Shown: piece by piece, positions 18,320 through 26,919 of the stretch
Layout of the letters: each line of letters starts with the position of its first letter
How positions within the stretch are numbered: position 1 is the stretch's first letter
From: a virus
Taxonomy: Duplodnaviria > Caudoviricetes
Direction: 5' to 3' (one strand)
IMG/VR virus record: IMGVR_UViG_3300020473_000001
Location: 1-55,851 of that record
Length of the DNA: 55,851 nucleotides
Notes under the pieces: model-generated
The model's database searches: none
What the model was told of the DNA's origin: nothing
What the model saw: only the letters and a program-made list of their open reading frames with translations
Made by a program: the position numbers and the translations under genes

Positions 18320-18904
18320 TTACTTTTTGGCGGCTTCGGCTGCTTTTGCAGCGGCATCCGCTTCTTTTTTGGCTTTAGCTTCGGCTTCCTTTTTAGCCTT
18401 TTCTTCAGCCTTAGCTTTCTTTTCAGCTTCACGCTCAGCTTTCTTAGCCTCACGTTCAGCTTTCTTAGCGGCCTGTTCTTCTTCGCGCTGCTTTTTCTTG
18501 GCGGCTTTTTCTTCAGCCTTGCGGGCCTTTTCAGCTTCACGCTCTTTGTCTTTAGCAATTTGAGCTTCAGACTTGATACGACCCGTTACACCGTGGAATT
18601 TACGCCAACGGCTATACTCGCAACGAACGTTTGCAGGGTTAAGGCCAAGCTTATCGGTTTCAACAAGTAGATCAGCTACCGCTACCGGAGCGCCTTTAGC
18701 TTTGCTCATTTCGTCTGCCTTATCCCATACTTGACCGCATAGTGTACCTGATAGCGGGCGGGTTACATCGTTCTGAGTAATACGCTCAGGCTTTGGTGCT
18801 TTTTCTTTTTTCTCTTCTTTTGCACCCTCTTGGGTGTCAGCACCTGGACGGGTTGAAAGCGCTAGTGATTGCGCGAATGCTACTGCTAGTGATTTCTTTT
18901 TCAT
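18320..18904 (-). CDS. Hypothetical protein: leader peptide, shared RP..G..C..VW..RWR domain, Lys/Ala/Glu-rich tail
   Basis: 194 aa; RBS aggaa; C-terminal AKKAERE repeats. Confidence 0.8.
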   Translation of the reverse strand: MKKKSLAVAFAQSLALSTRPGADTQEGAKEEKKEKAPKPERITQNDVTRPLSGTLCGQVWDKADEMSKAKGAPVAVADLLVETDKLGLNPANVRCEYSRWRKFHGVTGRIKSEAQIAKDKEREAEKARKAEEKAAKKKQREEEQAAKKAEREAKKAEREAEKKAKAEEKAKKEAEAKAKKEADAAAKAAEAAKK

Positions 18905-19009
18905 TGTAATAGTTCCTAAAACGATTAATTGAGTAAATGATTACTGTTTGCGCCAGTGAGTAAAGCTTATTATTGGACGGGCGACTTTGCAACCCCCGCC
19001 ACGCACACA

Positions 19010-19585
19010 TTATCCGAGTTGAAGTTGTTTTTGCCATGCGCCAAGTGTGGTGCTGCATGTAGTACGTTTTACCCCCTGCGGCTCAAGCTCATCCATTATG
19101 GCCTTACGCATACGACCGATTTCTTTAGGGTCTGTTGGTTTGCCCAGTTCGGCCCACTTTTTGTCGGCATATTCAAAAATAAGCTCGCGTTGTCCGCTGC
19201 TGCGCTTACCTGTGCCGCCTGTACGCTGCACACTGGGCGCTGTATCTTTAGGACGCTCGTTTGCATTGGGTTGGCTAGGTTCGCGCCCCAGCTTGCCGTA
19301 CAGGGCCGTACAATCCGTATCGTCCATTAAGTTACTAACGGCATTATATACGAGGCCAAACATCATTTCCCAACCTTCACAACGTTTGGGTATCGGGTCA
19401 CCTGTTGTGTTGGCGTAAATACGCTTAAGCTCTTCAGTATTAAAACCCTTTAAACCATCAAAAGTGACGTCATTAACGTAATAGTTGTTACGCGGTAGTA
19501 AAATATCCGCCCAGTAGAAAAGCTGCTGCGCAGTGGCAGCGGCTTTTATAGCTTTCATATTATCCGTATCGATTAATACTAACAT
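19010..19585 (-). CDS. Hypothetical protein with a diverged copy of the same C-terminal domain
   Basis: Likely start MLVLID after aagggg; ends GVKRTTCSTTLGAWQK. Confidence 0.7.
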   Translation of the reverse strand: MLVLIDTDNMKAIKAAATAQQLFYWADILLPRNNYYVNDVTFDGLKGFNTEELKRIYANTTGDPIPKRCEGWEMMFGLVYNAVSNLMDDTDCTALYGKLGREPSQPNANERPKDTAPSVQRTGGTGKRSSGQRELIFEYADKKWAELGKPTDPKEIGRMRKAIMDELEPQGVKRTTCSTTLGAWQKQLQLG

Positions 19586-19598
19586 TTCCAAAACCCCC

Positions 19599-20192
19599 TT
19601 ACTTACGGCCCTTGAAGCCCATCCAATTTCTCCAGCGGTAAAGCTCAATGCTTACGTTGTTGAAGTTATGCCCGTTATCTTCGGCCCACTGCTTTAGCTT
19701 GCTTGGTGTGGGAACTACGCCCGCTTCATTATAATAACTTTCGCATTTTTCCCAAACTGCTGCACACTTGCCGCCCGCACTAGGACGTTTAATGCCGTTA
19801 CGCTCCTCGCGGTCTTTTTCGATTTTTAAACCTTTGCCAGTTGGTGCGGTTGTTTTAGCTGGTTTAACAACCTCACCGAACTCGTGGTCGCAACCTAGGC
19901 AAAGGTATTCCTTTTTAATTGCCGCTTCGGGTGCTTTTTCCTGCTTAGCAATAAGCTTTTGTGTTTCATAGTCACTTACCCCATTGCTTAGGTGGATGCC
20001 GCAATCCGGGCAATGGCTAAAACCTGGAACAGTTTCATCTAAGAATTCTTCATTTAGTTGGTCGTTATGTTCAGCTGTAGCGTGGAACATCCAACGACCT
20101 TCAGCATTTTCTACCAGTGCGAATTGTTCGTCGCTTTCGAATTGCTTACGTGCTGCGCGGCGTGCGTTTGATTTGTTGCTATATGTTTTCAT
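19599..20192 (-). CDS. Hypothetical protein with a CxxC...CxxC Zn ribbon and the shared C-terminal domain
   Basis: CPDCG...CLGC; RPSAGGKC..VW...RWR. Confidence 0.8.
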   Translation of the reverse strand: MKTYSNKSNARRAARKQFESDEQFALVENAEGRWMFHATAEHNDQLNEEFLDETVPGFSHCPDCGIHLSNGVSDYETQKLIAKQEKAPEAAIKKEYLCLGCDHEFGEVVKPAKTTAPTGKGLKIEKDREERNGIKRPSAGGKCAAVWEKCESYYNEAGVVPTPSKLKQWAEDNGHNFNNVSIELYRWRNWMGFKGRK

Positions 20193-20249
20193 AATGAAGT
20201 CCCGTTGTAATTTGCTTTACATGTTGGCTTGTTTGCCTCCGATGTGTGT

Positions 20250-20278
20250 ATAATGCCGGAACGGGACTTAGGATGCAA
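20250..20278 (-). promoter_or_regulatory. Sigma70-like promoter TTGCAT-17-CATTAT
   Basis: Followed by ACACACAT; AT-rich tract upstream. Confidence 0.6.
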
Positions 20279-20331
20279 CAACTTTTAGGAAAAAATTCAA
20301 AAAAGATGTAATTAATTTTTAAGTGCTTGTT

Positions 20332-20541
20332 TTAAAAGGGAATATCTAATTCCCAATGTTCACAACCTTTAGCTATGACCACAATAGGCGGCTTTGCTTT
20401 AAATTTACCGCACTGGTCATTGGGCTTATCACAATGGGCGCAGTTCTCGCATGTACGTATAACACCGCTCGCCGCCATCGATTCCTGAACCTCGCTGTAA
20501 CTCTGGCTGTGTATAAATTGGTTATTGCTACTATTAGGCAT
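20332..20541 (-). CDS. Small Cys-rich protein
   Basis: CENC.HC.....C...GC; ends DIPF; coupled to the helicase. Confidence 0.7.
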   Translation of the reverse strand: MPNSSNNQFIHSQSYSEVQESMAASGVIRTCENCAHCDKPNDQCGKFKAKPPIVVIAKGCEHWELDIPF

Positions 20542-22243
20542 TGCTTAATTCCTCATCGTATTCAACATGTAAAATATCAGGGTATGGTTTACGGTTTGTC
20601 CAAACTCTTATCCACTTGGGAGTCCTTACCTCTCCGAAACGGGCCTGCGCCTCGGACGTATTTTCAGGTACATTATCTTCTTCGTTGGTAGCTTTGCGCC
20701 ACCAGTCTCGGCTTTTCTTCTTAGCCCAACCCTCGTGCTCAAGGCATAGCGGTTGGCTAAACTTGCGCAACCCGCATTGATAAGTCACCATTAATAGCGG
20801 GCCTTTAGCACTAGCTTTGGCAACGTATGTCACAAAGTCTACTTTAAACTCCTCAACAACGGGGTCAGGTTTCGATTTACCCTTACGCTTCACAAGTTCT
20901 TCATCGCTAGCCTTGGCCTGGAACTTAATTTCGGGAGGGAATTCTTTACCACAGTGAGGGCAGAACCGTAAGCTGGCATGAATGTACATATTACAAGCGC
21001 GGTCTTTTTCCTTATTGTAACCATCACATTCGCGCACAGGGGCTTCACCGCCGCCTTTCTTTTTAGCCTCTGGTATTCTTGGGTCGTTAATTGGGCCTAG
21101 GCGCTTAGTGTTGCCAGCAAAGTCCAATACTAAGCAGTCAGGCTTTTCACCGTACTGTATGGCGTCTAAACGCCCCTGTTGTGTGGTTAAATCGTAACCC
21201 TCGGCATAATATGGACGTGTTCCACGCCCTAATATCTGCACCCACAATCCGGGACTTTCTGTAGCCCGCAGTATACCCAACATATCTATAAAGGGCGCGT
21301 CAAAGCCCGTAGTTAGAACGCCCATATTAACTAGGGCGGTTATTTCCTTATTAAGAAATGCCTTAATGTTAGCATCACGCTCATCGTTGCTCATTTTGCT
21401 GTGTACAGCCGCAGCACTAACGCCTTGCGCCTTAAGTTCTTCAACAATGTGGTTAACATGTTCAACCCCAGTGGTAAAAATCAACCAGTGTTTGCGGTCA
21501 TCATTTTCACCGTACCATATCATTTCCTGCACAGCCTCACGAGTGATGCGCTCTTGGTCGCTAACTTTCTGTAGCTGCTTACTATTGAAGTCGCCTTGCT
21601 GTCTACCAACCTTGCTAACATCAATTTCAACTTCGGTCTTTTTAGGGGTCAGCATAGTTAAGTAACCTTGGTCAAAAAACCAGTTGAACGCCTCCATGAC
21701 CGTCATATCGCAGCATATATCATCGAATAGCCCGCCTTCATCTGTAATTAAACCCATACCAACCCGATAAGGGGTTGCTGTAAGGCCGATTACTTTCAGG
21801 TTGGGGTTTACCTTTTTTAGCAAGGCCAAGGTTTTGCGGTACATGGTGTTAGAATTTCTTGGTATTAAATGGCATTCATCCACAAACACAAGATCGATAT
21901 GGCCGAAGTGGTGGGCGGCACGGTACACAGACGCTACACCCCCGAAGGTTATAGGATAGTTTGTTTCCTTACGGCCTAGACCAGCTGAGTAAATGCCCAC
22001 CGGAGCCATAGGCCATAATTTTAGTAACTTGTCATAATTTTGTTCTATAAGTTCCTTTACGTGCGTCAGCATCATAATGCGCTGGCCCTTGTACTGGGAC
22101 ATAGCGCGTCTGATAAACTCTGCAATAACGATAGACTTACCCGTACCCGTAGGCATGGCAATCACGGGGTTGCCCGTGTTGCCTTCCATAAAGTAGCGGA
22201 AAATCTCATTTATACCGTATTCTTGATAATCGCGCGGTTTCAT
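20534..22243 (-). CDS. Superfamily 2 DExH helicase (RadD/YejH-like) with Zn finger
   Basis: PTGTGKS, DECH, GLTATP, LTTGFD, Q..GRG.R, CPHCG. Confidence 0.93.
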   Translation of the reverse strand: MKPRDYQEYGINEIFRYFMEGNTGNPVIAMPTGTGKSIVIAEFIRRAMSQYKGQRIMMLTHVKELIEQNYDKLLKLWPMAPVGIYSAGLGRKETNYPITFGGVASVYRAAHHFGHIDLVFVDECHLIPRNSNTMYRKTLALLKKVNPNLKVIGLTATPYRVGMGLITDEGGLFDDICCDMTVMEAFNWFFDQGYLTMLTPKKTEVEIDVSKVGRQQGDFNSKQLQKVSDQERITREAVQEMIWYGENDDRKHWLIFTTGVEHVNHIVEELKAQGVSAAAVHSKMSNDERDANIKAFLNKEITALVNMGVLTTGFDAPFIDMLGILRATESPGLWVQILGRGTRPYYAEGYDLTTQQGRLDAIQYGEKPDCLVLDFAGNTKRLGPINDPRIPEAKKKGGGEAPVRECDGYNKEKDRACNMYIHASLRFCPHCGKEFPPEIKFQAKASDEELVKRKGKSKPDPVVEEFKVDFVTYVAKASAKGPLLMVTYQCGLRKFSQPLCLEHEGWAKKKSRDWWRKATNEEDNVPENTSEAQARFGEVRTPKWIRVWTNRKPYPDILHVEYDEELSNA

Positions 22244-22263
22244 TCTTTAAGACAACCCTTTAT

Positions 22264-23325
22264 TTAGAACTCAGACTCGGCGCGTGTATAGCCTTTTTCC
22301 AGCAACGCTGCGCTAGTAAGGTCGTTCGGCCCTTGCTTAATTCTCTTTCCAGCTCGGGTGACGTATTCAGCAAAAAGCTCCCCGCCATCATCGCATCCGC
22401 CTCCAACGAACGACCATGCTGGTAAAAGTTGAGGGTTAAATACGTGTCGCTGGCAACCAGTTCGCTGACTAACCTTGCTTTTAATGGCGTCTCCACCAAT
22501 TGCACAGCTCCAAGTCCCATCTCGTTCAGCTGTGCTGTGACTGCAAGTCCGACAGTTGATTTGCGGAATATTTTTACCATGACACACTCCATTCTGCTCA
22601 CACCATTTACACTTATAAAAGCTAGGTGAATTATGTAACTTAGGCTCAGGCTCACAAACGAAAATAATACGCTCGGCCCTGTCCTTGTATTTCACTGCTG
22701 TATCGTGGTCATACTCAATAACCTCAGCGTACAGCTCGTCGTCGTTCTTATTGACCGCCATATAAAGGCCGTAAGGCAAATTATAATAGTGCATACACTC
22801 TTGCATCTGCACGTAATGGTCGAACTTAGTTGCCCGCACCCCTTTAGTTTTTAACTCACGAAAGCTTTTGTCGTTGTGTGTTTTAAACTCGGTATATGCT
22901 GGTTTTCCCTCGGGTATATCCGGAATACCCGTGGCAATGCCGTCAAGGGCGCTTCCGTAATGCCCTCCAAAATCTGAAACTCTAAACTGCCCACCTTCTT
23001 CGGTTTCAAACCATAGGTTAACCCCTTCAACCAACATGAGCAACGAAAGGAAACGTGCTTCTTCCAGGTGACCACGATTAAACAGCCTATGAATTCGCGG
23101 CGGGAATTTTGGCACTGTACACCATAACCAACGAAGCTGAACTTTGCGGGCACAATCATCACCTATGCCTGAAATTCCTAAGTGGCTGCGGAATGGGTTA
23201 TCCTCACCCCTATAAGCGTCTTCCATCTTTGGTAGTAGCTTTTTAAGAGCTACTCGAAAAGCTGCACCCGCATCTTTCTCAATAGCCTTGTCAATGGCTT
23301 CAACTGTTTTAGTTGCTAATTGCAT
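22264..23325 (-). CDS. PD-(D/E)XK exonuclease (Cas4/YqaJ-like, Cys cluster)
   Basis: S.IG..C.R, G..LE, LDG, EFKT, Q.Q..M, C..C.....C. Confidence 0.85.
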   Translation of the reverse strand: MQLATKTVEAIDKAIEKDAGAAFRVALKKLLPKMEDAYRGEDNPFRSHLGISGIGDDCARKVQLRWLWCTVPKFPPRIHRLFNRGHLEEARFLSLLMLVEGVNLWFETEEGGQFRVSDFGGHYGSALDGIATGIPDIPEGKPAYTEFKTHNDKSFRELKTKGVRATKFDHYVQMQECMHYYNLPYGLYMAVNKNDDELYAEVIEYDHDTAVKYKDRAERIIFVCEPEPKLHNSPSFYKCKWCEQNGVCHGKNIPQINCRTCSHSTAERDGTWSCAIGGDAIKSKVSQRTGCQRHVFNPQLLPAWSFVGGGCDDGGELFAEYVTRAGKRIKQGPNDLTSAALLEKGYTRAESEF

Positions 23326-23786
23326 TACATTCTTTTCCTTCTAAGTTGCCCGCGCTTCGATACTTTACGCCCTTTATGGTGGGTAACACGGTTGAATTTT
23401 TTACCAGTAAGCGCCTGATGAAACTGCTTACTATGTTGAATCAACTGAGAACATTGTTGGGAGTTAAACCGCGAAATATGCCCTGATTCCTCATCACAAC
23501 ACATAACGTCCCGTAACCAAGCGTAAGCCTCCTTTCGCGTTATTAATCCGCCCCGCCATAGCTTATCAAAGTGTTTATGGGCTTCGTAACGCGACCGTCT
23601 AGTTTCTTTATCTCCCATCTTACCCATCGCAAGGAACGTTTGTTTATGGCAAGATACAGCCGCTTTACAATTTGTACAATAATAGATGTAAGGCCAATCC
23701 CCTTTATCAGTTCCATATAAGACGTGGTTCCGCGTTAGCTTTATATGAAGCGAACCGCAGTTATCGCAATAAATTGGTTTTCTCAT
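23325..23786 (-). CDS. Zinc-finger protein (DUF3268-like)
   Basis: CDNCG, C..C.A.V.CH, AH..FD.LW, AY.WL, HI..F. Confidence 0.8.
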   Translation of the reverse strand: MRKPIYCDNCGSLHIKLTRNHVLYGTDKGDWPYIYYCTNCKAAVSCHKQTFLAMGKMGDKETRRSRYEAHKHFDKLWRGGLITRKEAYAWLRDVMCCDEESGHISRFNSQQCSQLIQHSKQFHQALTGKKFNRVTHHKGRKVSKRGQLRRKRM

Positions 23787-23798
23787 CCTATCCCTCGA

Positions 23799-23826
23799 TA
23801 AAAAAGGGGTCAACTTAGACCCCTTG
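23799..23826 (-). terminator. Rho-independent terminator after the SSB gene
   Basis: On the - strand: aaggggtc-taagtt-gacccc followed by a T-run. Confidence 0.6.
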
Positions 23827-23858
23827 GCTTACTCTGAAATCATCAGTGTTACCTGATC

Positions 23859-24641
23859 TTATTGGCCCTGCATCCATGGAGCTTGACCGTTTTGGGCTGC
23901 TTGTTGCCCAGCTTGGTCGGTGCTTTGCTGTTGCTGCTGTAGCTCAGGCGCTGGCCCTTGTTGCTGCTGGCCCTGTGCTTGCCCCTGCTGCCCTACCTGC
24001 TGTTGCTGGGCTTGTGGGTTAGCATTTTGCCAACCGCCTTGCTGCTGGCCCTGTGCTTGGCCCTGTGGGGCGGCTTGCTGTTGCTGCTGTTGTTGCTGCT
24101 GTTGTTGTGGGGCAAAGTTACCCTGCTGCTGTTGCATGTTCATCTGTTGTTGCTGTGGGGCGGCTTGCTGTTGCTGTTGCTGTGGAGCGAAACCGCCACC
24201 CTGCGGGCCTTGCGGTGCTGGTTGGCCTGCACCTACTTGGCCTTCAGCGGTACGGTAGCCTTTCACTTCGTTACTAGGCTCTGGATAATCATCAGTTGGT
24301 TTGGTTAAACCCACCTTAACATCAAGGGGCAAGTTGTGAAGTTGTTGGCTATCTTGTAGCTGTAGCACGCCGACCGCGTGGCAGATAGCTGATAGCGTAT
24401 TGTTTGCAATTTCTACCGCAGTTGGGTTCGGGTTGTTAATGTTCAAACGGTCCCAAATCTTACGGCCCGCGTACTGCTGCGGTGCAATAATTTCGATAGT
24501 TAGCTCAAGGTACGAACCTGTGCCAGCCTTTGTCGGCTTAAGCTCTGAGTCTGTGATTTTACCTGTGTACCAACCTGGAACAAGGTTCTCAAATGCTTGT
24601 TGCGGTTCGTGCTCTTGGGCGTTGAAATTTAATCCAGCCAT
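23859..24641 (-). CDS. DUF669-like single-stranded DNA-binding protein with a long Gln-rich tail
   Basis: P.GWY...I.DSE.K.TK.G.G.YL, GRK.WDRLN, NEVKGY; ends APW; sits next to the AAA ATPase. Confidence 0.85.
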   Translation of the reverse strand: MAGLNFNAQEHEPQQAFENLVPGWYTGKITDSELKPTKAGTGSYLELTIEIIAPQQYAGRKIWDRLNINNPNPTAVEIANNTLSAICHAVGVLQLQDSQQLHNLPLDVKVGLTKPTDDYPEPSNEVKGYRTAEGQVGAGQPAPQGPQGGGFAPQQQQQQAAPQQQQMNMQQQQGNFAPQQQQQQQQQQQAAPQGQAQGQQQGGWQNANPQAQQQQVGQQGQAQGQQQQGPAPELQQQQQSTDQAGQQAAQNGQAPWMQGQ

Positions 24642-24667
24642 GTTTTTATTCCTATATTTAAGTTAAC

Positions 24668-25405
24668 TTAAGATTGTTGGGCTTGTTGGCCCATAATTTT
24701 CTGAATGACGTGACCAATGTGTGGGAATTCAACCTCATCTAACATGCCGCTACGGTCTTTTGCATCGGCACTAAAATCAGGCTGAGTGCGCAACCCACGG
24801 TAGGTCGTACCATCAGGGTTCTTACCGATAAAGATTTGGAAAACCTCATCGGTTAGATACGGAGTTGCAGGACCCATTTTTTGTCCTGGCAGTGAAGGCC
24901 CAGCTAAGGTGAGACCAGTGCCTTCATCCTTTTGCCGTTCCTCTTTAAAATTAAGCAGTACATGTCGCCCTTCCAGGTCGCGGAACTCTTTAATGGTTTT
25001 GGTCATTTTGTCAATGAGCTCACCATACGCCTGACGTGGGTCTTTTACTTGCCGCTTGGCGTTCGCTAACACTTGCTCAGCAATTTCGGTCGCTGAGTCA
25101 AGTACGGGGTTGAAGCGTTGCCCGTTCGGGTCGGTACGCAAATACACTTCAGCGTCCACCAAGTCTTGAACATTGCGAATTTGGATTACTGGAATGTCGT
25201 ATGCAATGCTGGGGTTATCAACGCCCCAAATACGCTCCAGGTTTTCCTTTTTGAGTGAAAGCAAGCCGGACTCTGCGCTCAAAATAACGGGGTTAGGCAT
25301 GGTAGCCGCTAGCACAGTCTTACCCATGCCAGAACGACCATATACGCACATTTTAACGCCGTTACCTATCGCGAGTTGGTTACTTGATACAAGTTGAACA
25401 GCCAT
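24668..25405 (-). CDS. AAA_24/Sak4-like ATPase (ssDNA annealing/recombination)
   Basis: YGRSGMGKT, SAESGLLS, LDS.TE, AKDRSG. Confidence 0.88.
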   Translation of the reverse strand: MAVQLVSSNQLAIGNGVKMCVYGRSGMGKTVLAATMPNPVILSAESGLLSLKKENLERIWGVDNPSIAYDIPVIQIRNVQDLVDAEVYLRTDPNGQRFNPVLDSATEIAEQVLANAKRQVKDPRQAYGELIDKMTKTIKEFRDLEGRHVLLNFKEERQKDEGTGLTLAGPSLPGQKMGPATPYLTDEVFQIFIGKNPDGTTYRGLRTQPDFSADAKDRSGMLDEVEFPHIGHVIQKIMGQQAQQS

Positions 25406-25452
25406 AAATAAGCCTTTGGGTTAAGGGGCTAACCAGTATAGCCCCGCAAAAA

Positions 25453-25893
25453 TTAAATGTCAGCGATCTTTTTAAGTAGAGAATCCAACTCAGGGCACTC
25501 GTCTTCAGCGCCATAACCCAAGTCAACTTTCAGCTGGTTGATCATTTTAGCCTTCTGCGCCTTAGCTTGGATTTCCTGGAACTGCTCCGCAATTTCGTTA
25601 TACTTTTCTTGACGCTTATCGTGCGCTTCAACGTCGACCTTGCTGACAATCCATTTATAATTAAAACGGGCGTTAGGGTCTAGCTGTGGCAGCTTGTCCA
25701 CCTGTGTAACCACAACTACTGTCATCCCGGTGCTTGGCGCGTCAACTACAACCTCGTCGCCTTCGTTAAGATCCAGGTCTGTGCAATAGGTGTAATTTTT
25801 ACCAATAGGCTGACCGCAAGCGTCTTTGAATTTTACTTTTACGGTTGTAAGTTTGTCTGACATTGTTGCCATAAGTTGAGTAATAACGTTCAT
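25453..25893 (-). CDS. Hypothetical protein
   Basis: 146 aa; K.YTY...L..GD.VVV and YKWIV.KVD motifs; RBS aagga. Confidence 0.75.
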   Translation of the reverse strand: MNVITQLMATMSDKLTTVKVKFKDACGQPIGKNYTYCTDLDLNEGDEVVVDAPSTGMTVVVVTQVDKLPQLDPNARFNYKWIVSKVDVEAHDKRQEKYNEIAEQFQEIQAKAQKAKMINQLKVDLGYGAEDECPELDSLLKKIADI

Positions 25894-25997
25894 AATATAT
25901 CCTTACTTAGGTTAGTTAGAAGGGGGTCGTATACCCCTTACCGTTGAAATTAATAATACTAGGTTTAATAATTAAATATAACCGGAATTATTTACGT

Positions 25998-26393
25998 TTA
26001 ATCCTTTGGCACTTTAAGGCTCATCGAAACTGTACGCGGTTTAATCGTAATAGCTTCATCGAATAACGCCTTAGCTTCTGGATCCAACGCCTTATATGAT
26101 TTCATCGTTAAATCCGGCTTCCAGTTAATGCAATCATCAATAGCTTGGATTTGATCGGGGGTAAGCTGTTCATGCATCTGATTACGGATAAGGTGGAAGG
26201 CTGCTTTGTCTACCTTGTAATCCTCGCCCGTTACTGCTTTAAGCTCGTACCCACCGCCCAATTCGTAAGTATTGGTTCCGCTTGGTTTAGGGTCGGTAAA
26301 AATCTGCCCGAATAAAGCTTTGCGCTGCTCCATTTCAAGCGCCTTAAGTTCTTTAAGCTTTTTCGAATTTTCGACCCACTCAAGAATCTGCAT
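25998..26393 (-). CDS. Hypothetical protein of the recombination module
   Basis: E.E.RK, GTN..ELG.GY.LK, W.P.L....Y motifs; start position uncertain. Confidence 0.65.
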   Translation of the reverse strand: MQILEWVENSKKLKELKALEMEQRKALFGQIFTDPKPSGTNTYELGGGYELKAVTGEDYKVDKAAFHLIRNQMHEQLTPDQIQAIDDCINWKPDLTMKSYKALDPEAKALFDEAITIKPRTVSMSLKVPKD

Positions 26394-26403
26394 GTTAATA
26401 TCT

Positions 26404-26910
26404 TCACTTGAAAAAATTGACACCTTCAACACCTCTAAAATCTACATTATGTTCACGCATATCGCCTCCGACCATGCGTTCGTTTAAAAAGTGGTAGCTG
26501 GCAATCTCACCGCTAGTATAAAGGTCTAAATCGATAGCCGCCCGCATAGCGTCCAAGGGATCGTTATTGACATGGTAAGCACCACGAGCAACTAGCGCCC
26601 CGCTACCATCAAAATAAACATCGTCATGGAGCGGCTGAATACCTTCGTCATTCTTTACTGCGAACCGTTGCCCGTTGCAGGACATAAAGTACGCTACCCA
26701 CTCCAAATCCTTACACGGTCTATCACCTTTACTGCAACCGCGTAGAACCCATTCGGCAACCTCGGCAAACGTGCCAGCCACGCCAGCAAGCGCAACCGCC
26801 CCGACACCCTTAACTCCAAACAATTTTGGCTCGGCACTCATAAATGTCCCTGCACAGGTTATCTGAGAGTCAACATAAAGGGCATCGCGGGTGATTACTA
26901 TTGTGGTCAT
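26404..26910 (-). CDS. HslV/proteasome-beta-like Ntn hydrolase
   Basis: N-terminal MTTI, D.Q.T, K, AG, GSG...A..A, A...D.YTSG. Confidence 0.72.
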   Translation of the reverse strand: MTTIVITRDALYVDSQITCAGTFMSAEPKLFGVKGVGAVALAGVAGTFAEVAEWVLRGCSKGDRPCKDLEWVAYFMSCNGQRFAVKNDEGIQPLHDDVYFDGSGALVARGAYHVNNDPLDAMRAAIDLDLYTSGEIASYHFLNERMVGGDMREHNVDFRGVEGVNFFK

Positions 26911-26919
26911 AGAACCCCC

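Noticed and set aside
18261-18563. Ala/Phe/Ser-rich + strand ORF and alternate-frame Lys-rich ORF (18307-18558)
   Set aside because: Shadows of the KAE-repeat tail of 18320-18904
22264-23325. Cas4-like nuclease as a sign of a CRISPR system
   Set aside because: No other cas genes or repeat-spacer array; it sits in the usual ATPase-SSB-exonuclease-helicase module
23920-24308. Poly-Cys and poly-Leu ORFs on the + strand
   Set aside because: They are antisense shadows of the CAG/CAA-rich SSB tail
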